DNA of 63,658 bases, the filler included, from Octopus bimaculoides (Eukaryota): NCBI RefSeq assembly GCF_001194135.2. It is 4 parts of 3 records of this genome, joined end to end, with 100 filler letters (N's around TTAATTAATTAA, not from the genome) between each part and the next. Parts side by side here need not be neighbours in the genome. Positions count along the whole stretch, not along the records: positions 59,268 to 63,658 come from NC_068991.1; 3 more parts are not named here. The stretch is one strand, 5' to 3'. The notes beneath the pieces are model-generated. The model saw only the letters and a list, made by a program, of their open reading frames with translations. It was not told the origin of the DNA and did no database searches. A program made the position numbers and the translations under genes. This document shows, in pieces, positions 63,307 to 63,658 of the stretch (the stretch's first letter is position 1; every line of letters starts with the position of its first letter).

Positions 63307-63658
63307 ATCTGTCTGTCTATCTATCTGTCTGTCTGTCTGTCTGTCTGTCCATCCGTTCGTCCGTCCATCTCTCTCTCTATCTATCTATCTACCTATCTAT
63401 CTATCTATCTATCTTATCTATCTGATCTGGACGGATGCTAGTCGCATCGGCTCGCAAGTAAGTTGGCCTTTTATATGTCAAAAACTTTGCAGTTTTAAAA
63501 TATATTTGTGGAAGAGGTGTATAAGTCTATACACTTCGACCCTATTGGGTTTTTGTAATAGGAAGTGGCTCCTTCTGGAGTTTATTTCCAAAAGTTTTTG
63601 ATTTTTCTCCGGCTTATTTGCCATATTTCGTAAAAGAAATATGGCTAGGCCTTCACAC

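Overview
This is eukaryotic, AT-rich, microsatellite-saturated DNA with about 22 N-gaps (roughly 9 kb). The SINE/LINE repertoire and the gene point to an octopus genome (inference; the assembly is not identifiable from sequence alone). The only host coding sequence I can support is the homeobox-bearing terminal exon of the spiralian posterior Hox gene Post1 on the minus strand (25740-26011). The ORF track misses it: it has no ATG, and the track shows an overlapping wrong frame. I could not find its first coding exon in the called bases. The rest is degraded mobile DNA: four tRNA-SINE-like families, R4/Dong-type restriction-like-endonuclease (RLE) LINEs mostly next to (AAT)n/(GAT)n tracts, Tx1, RTE, CR1 and L2-like LINE relics, maT/mariner transposons, a Helitron helicase fragment and a foldback MITE. 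The most interesting non-coding signals are a SINE/CR1 pair sharing a 3' tail, a non-coding ~0.5 kb element with Dong-like ends, a 149-bp tandem unit with a compensatory stem change, and a ~60-bp-arm hairpin. Family labels (SINE-A/B/C, D, E, F) are my own. TE boundaries are approximate.
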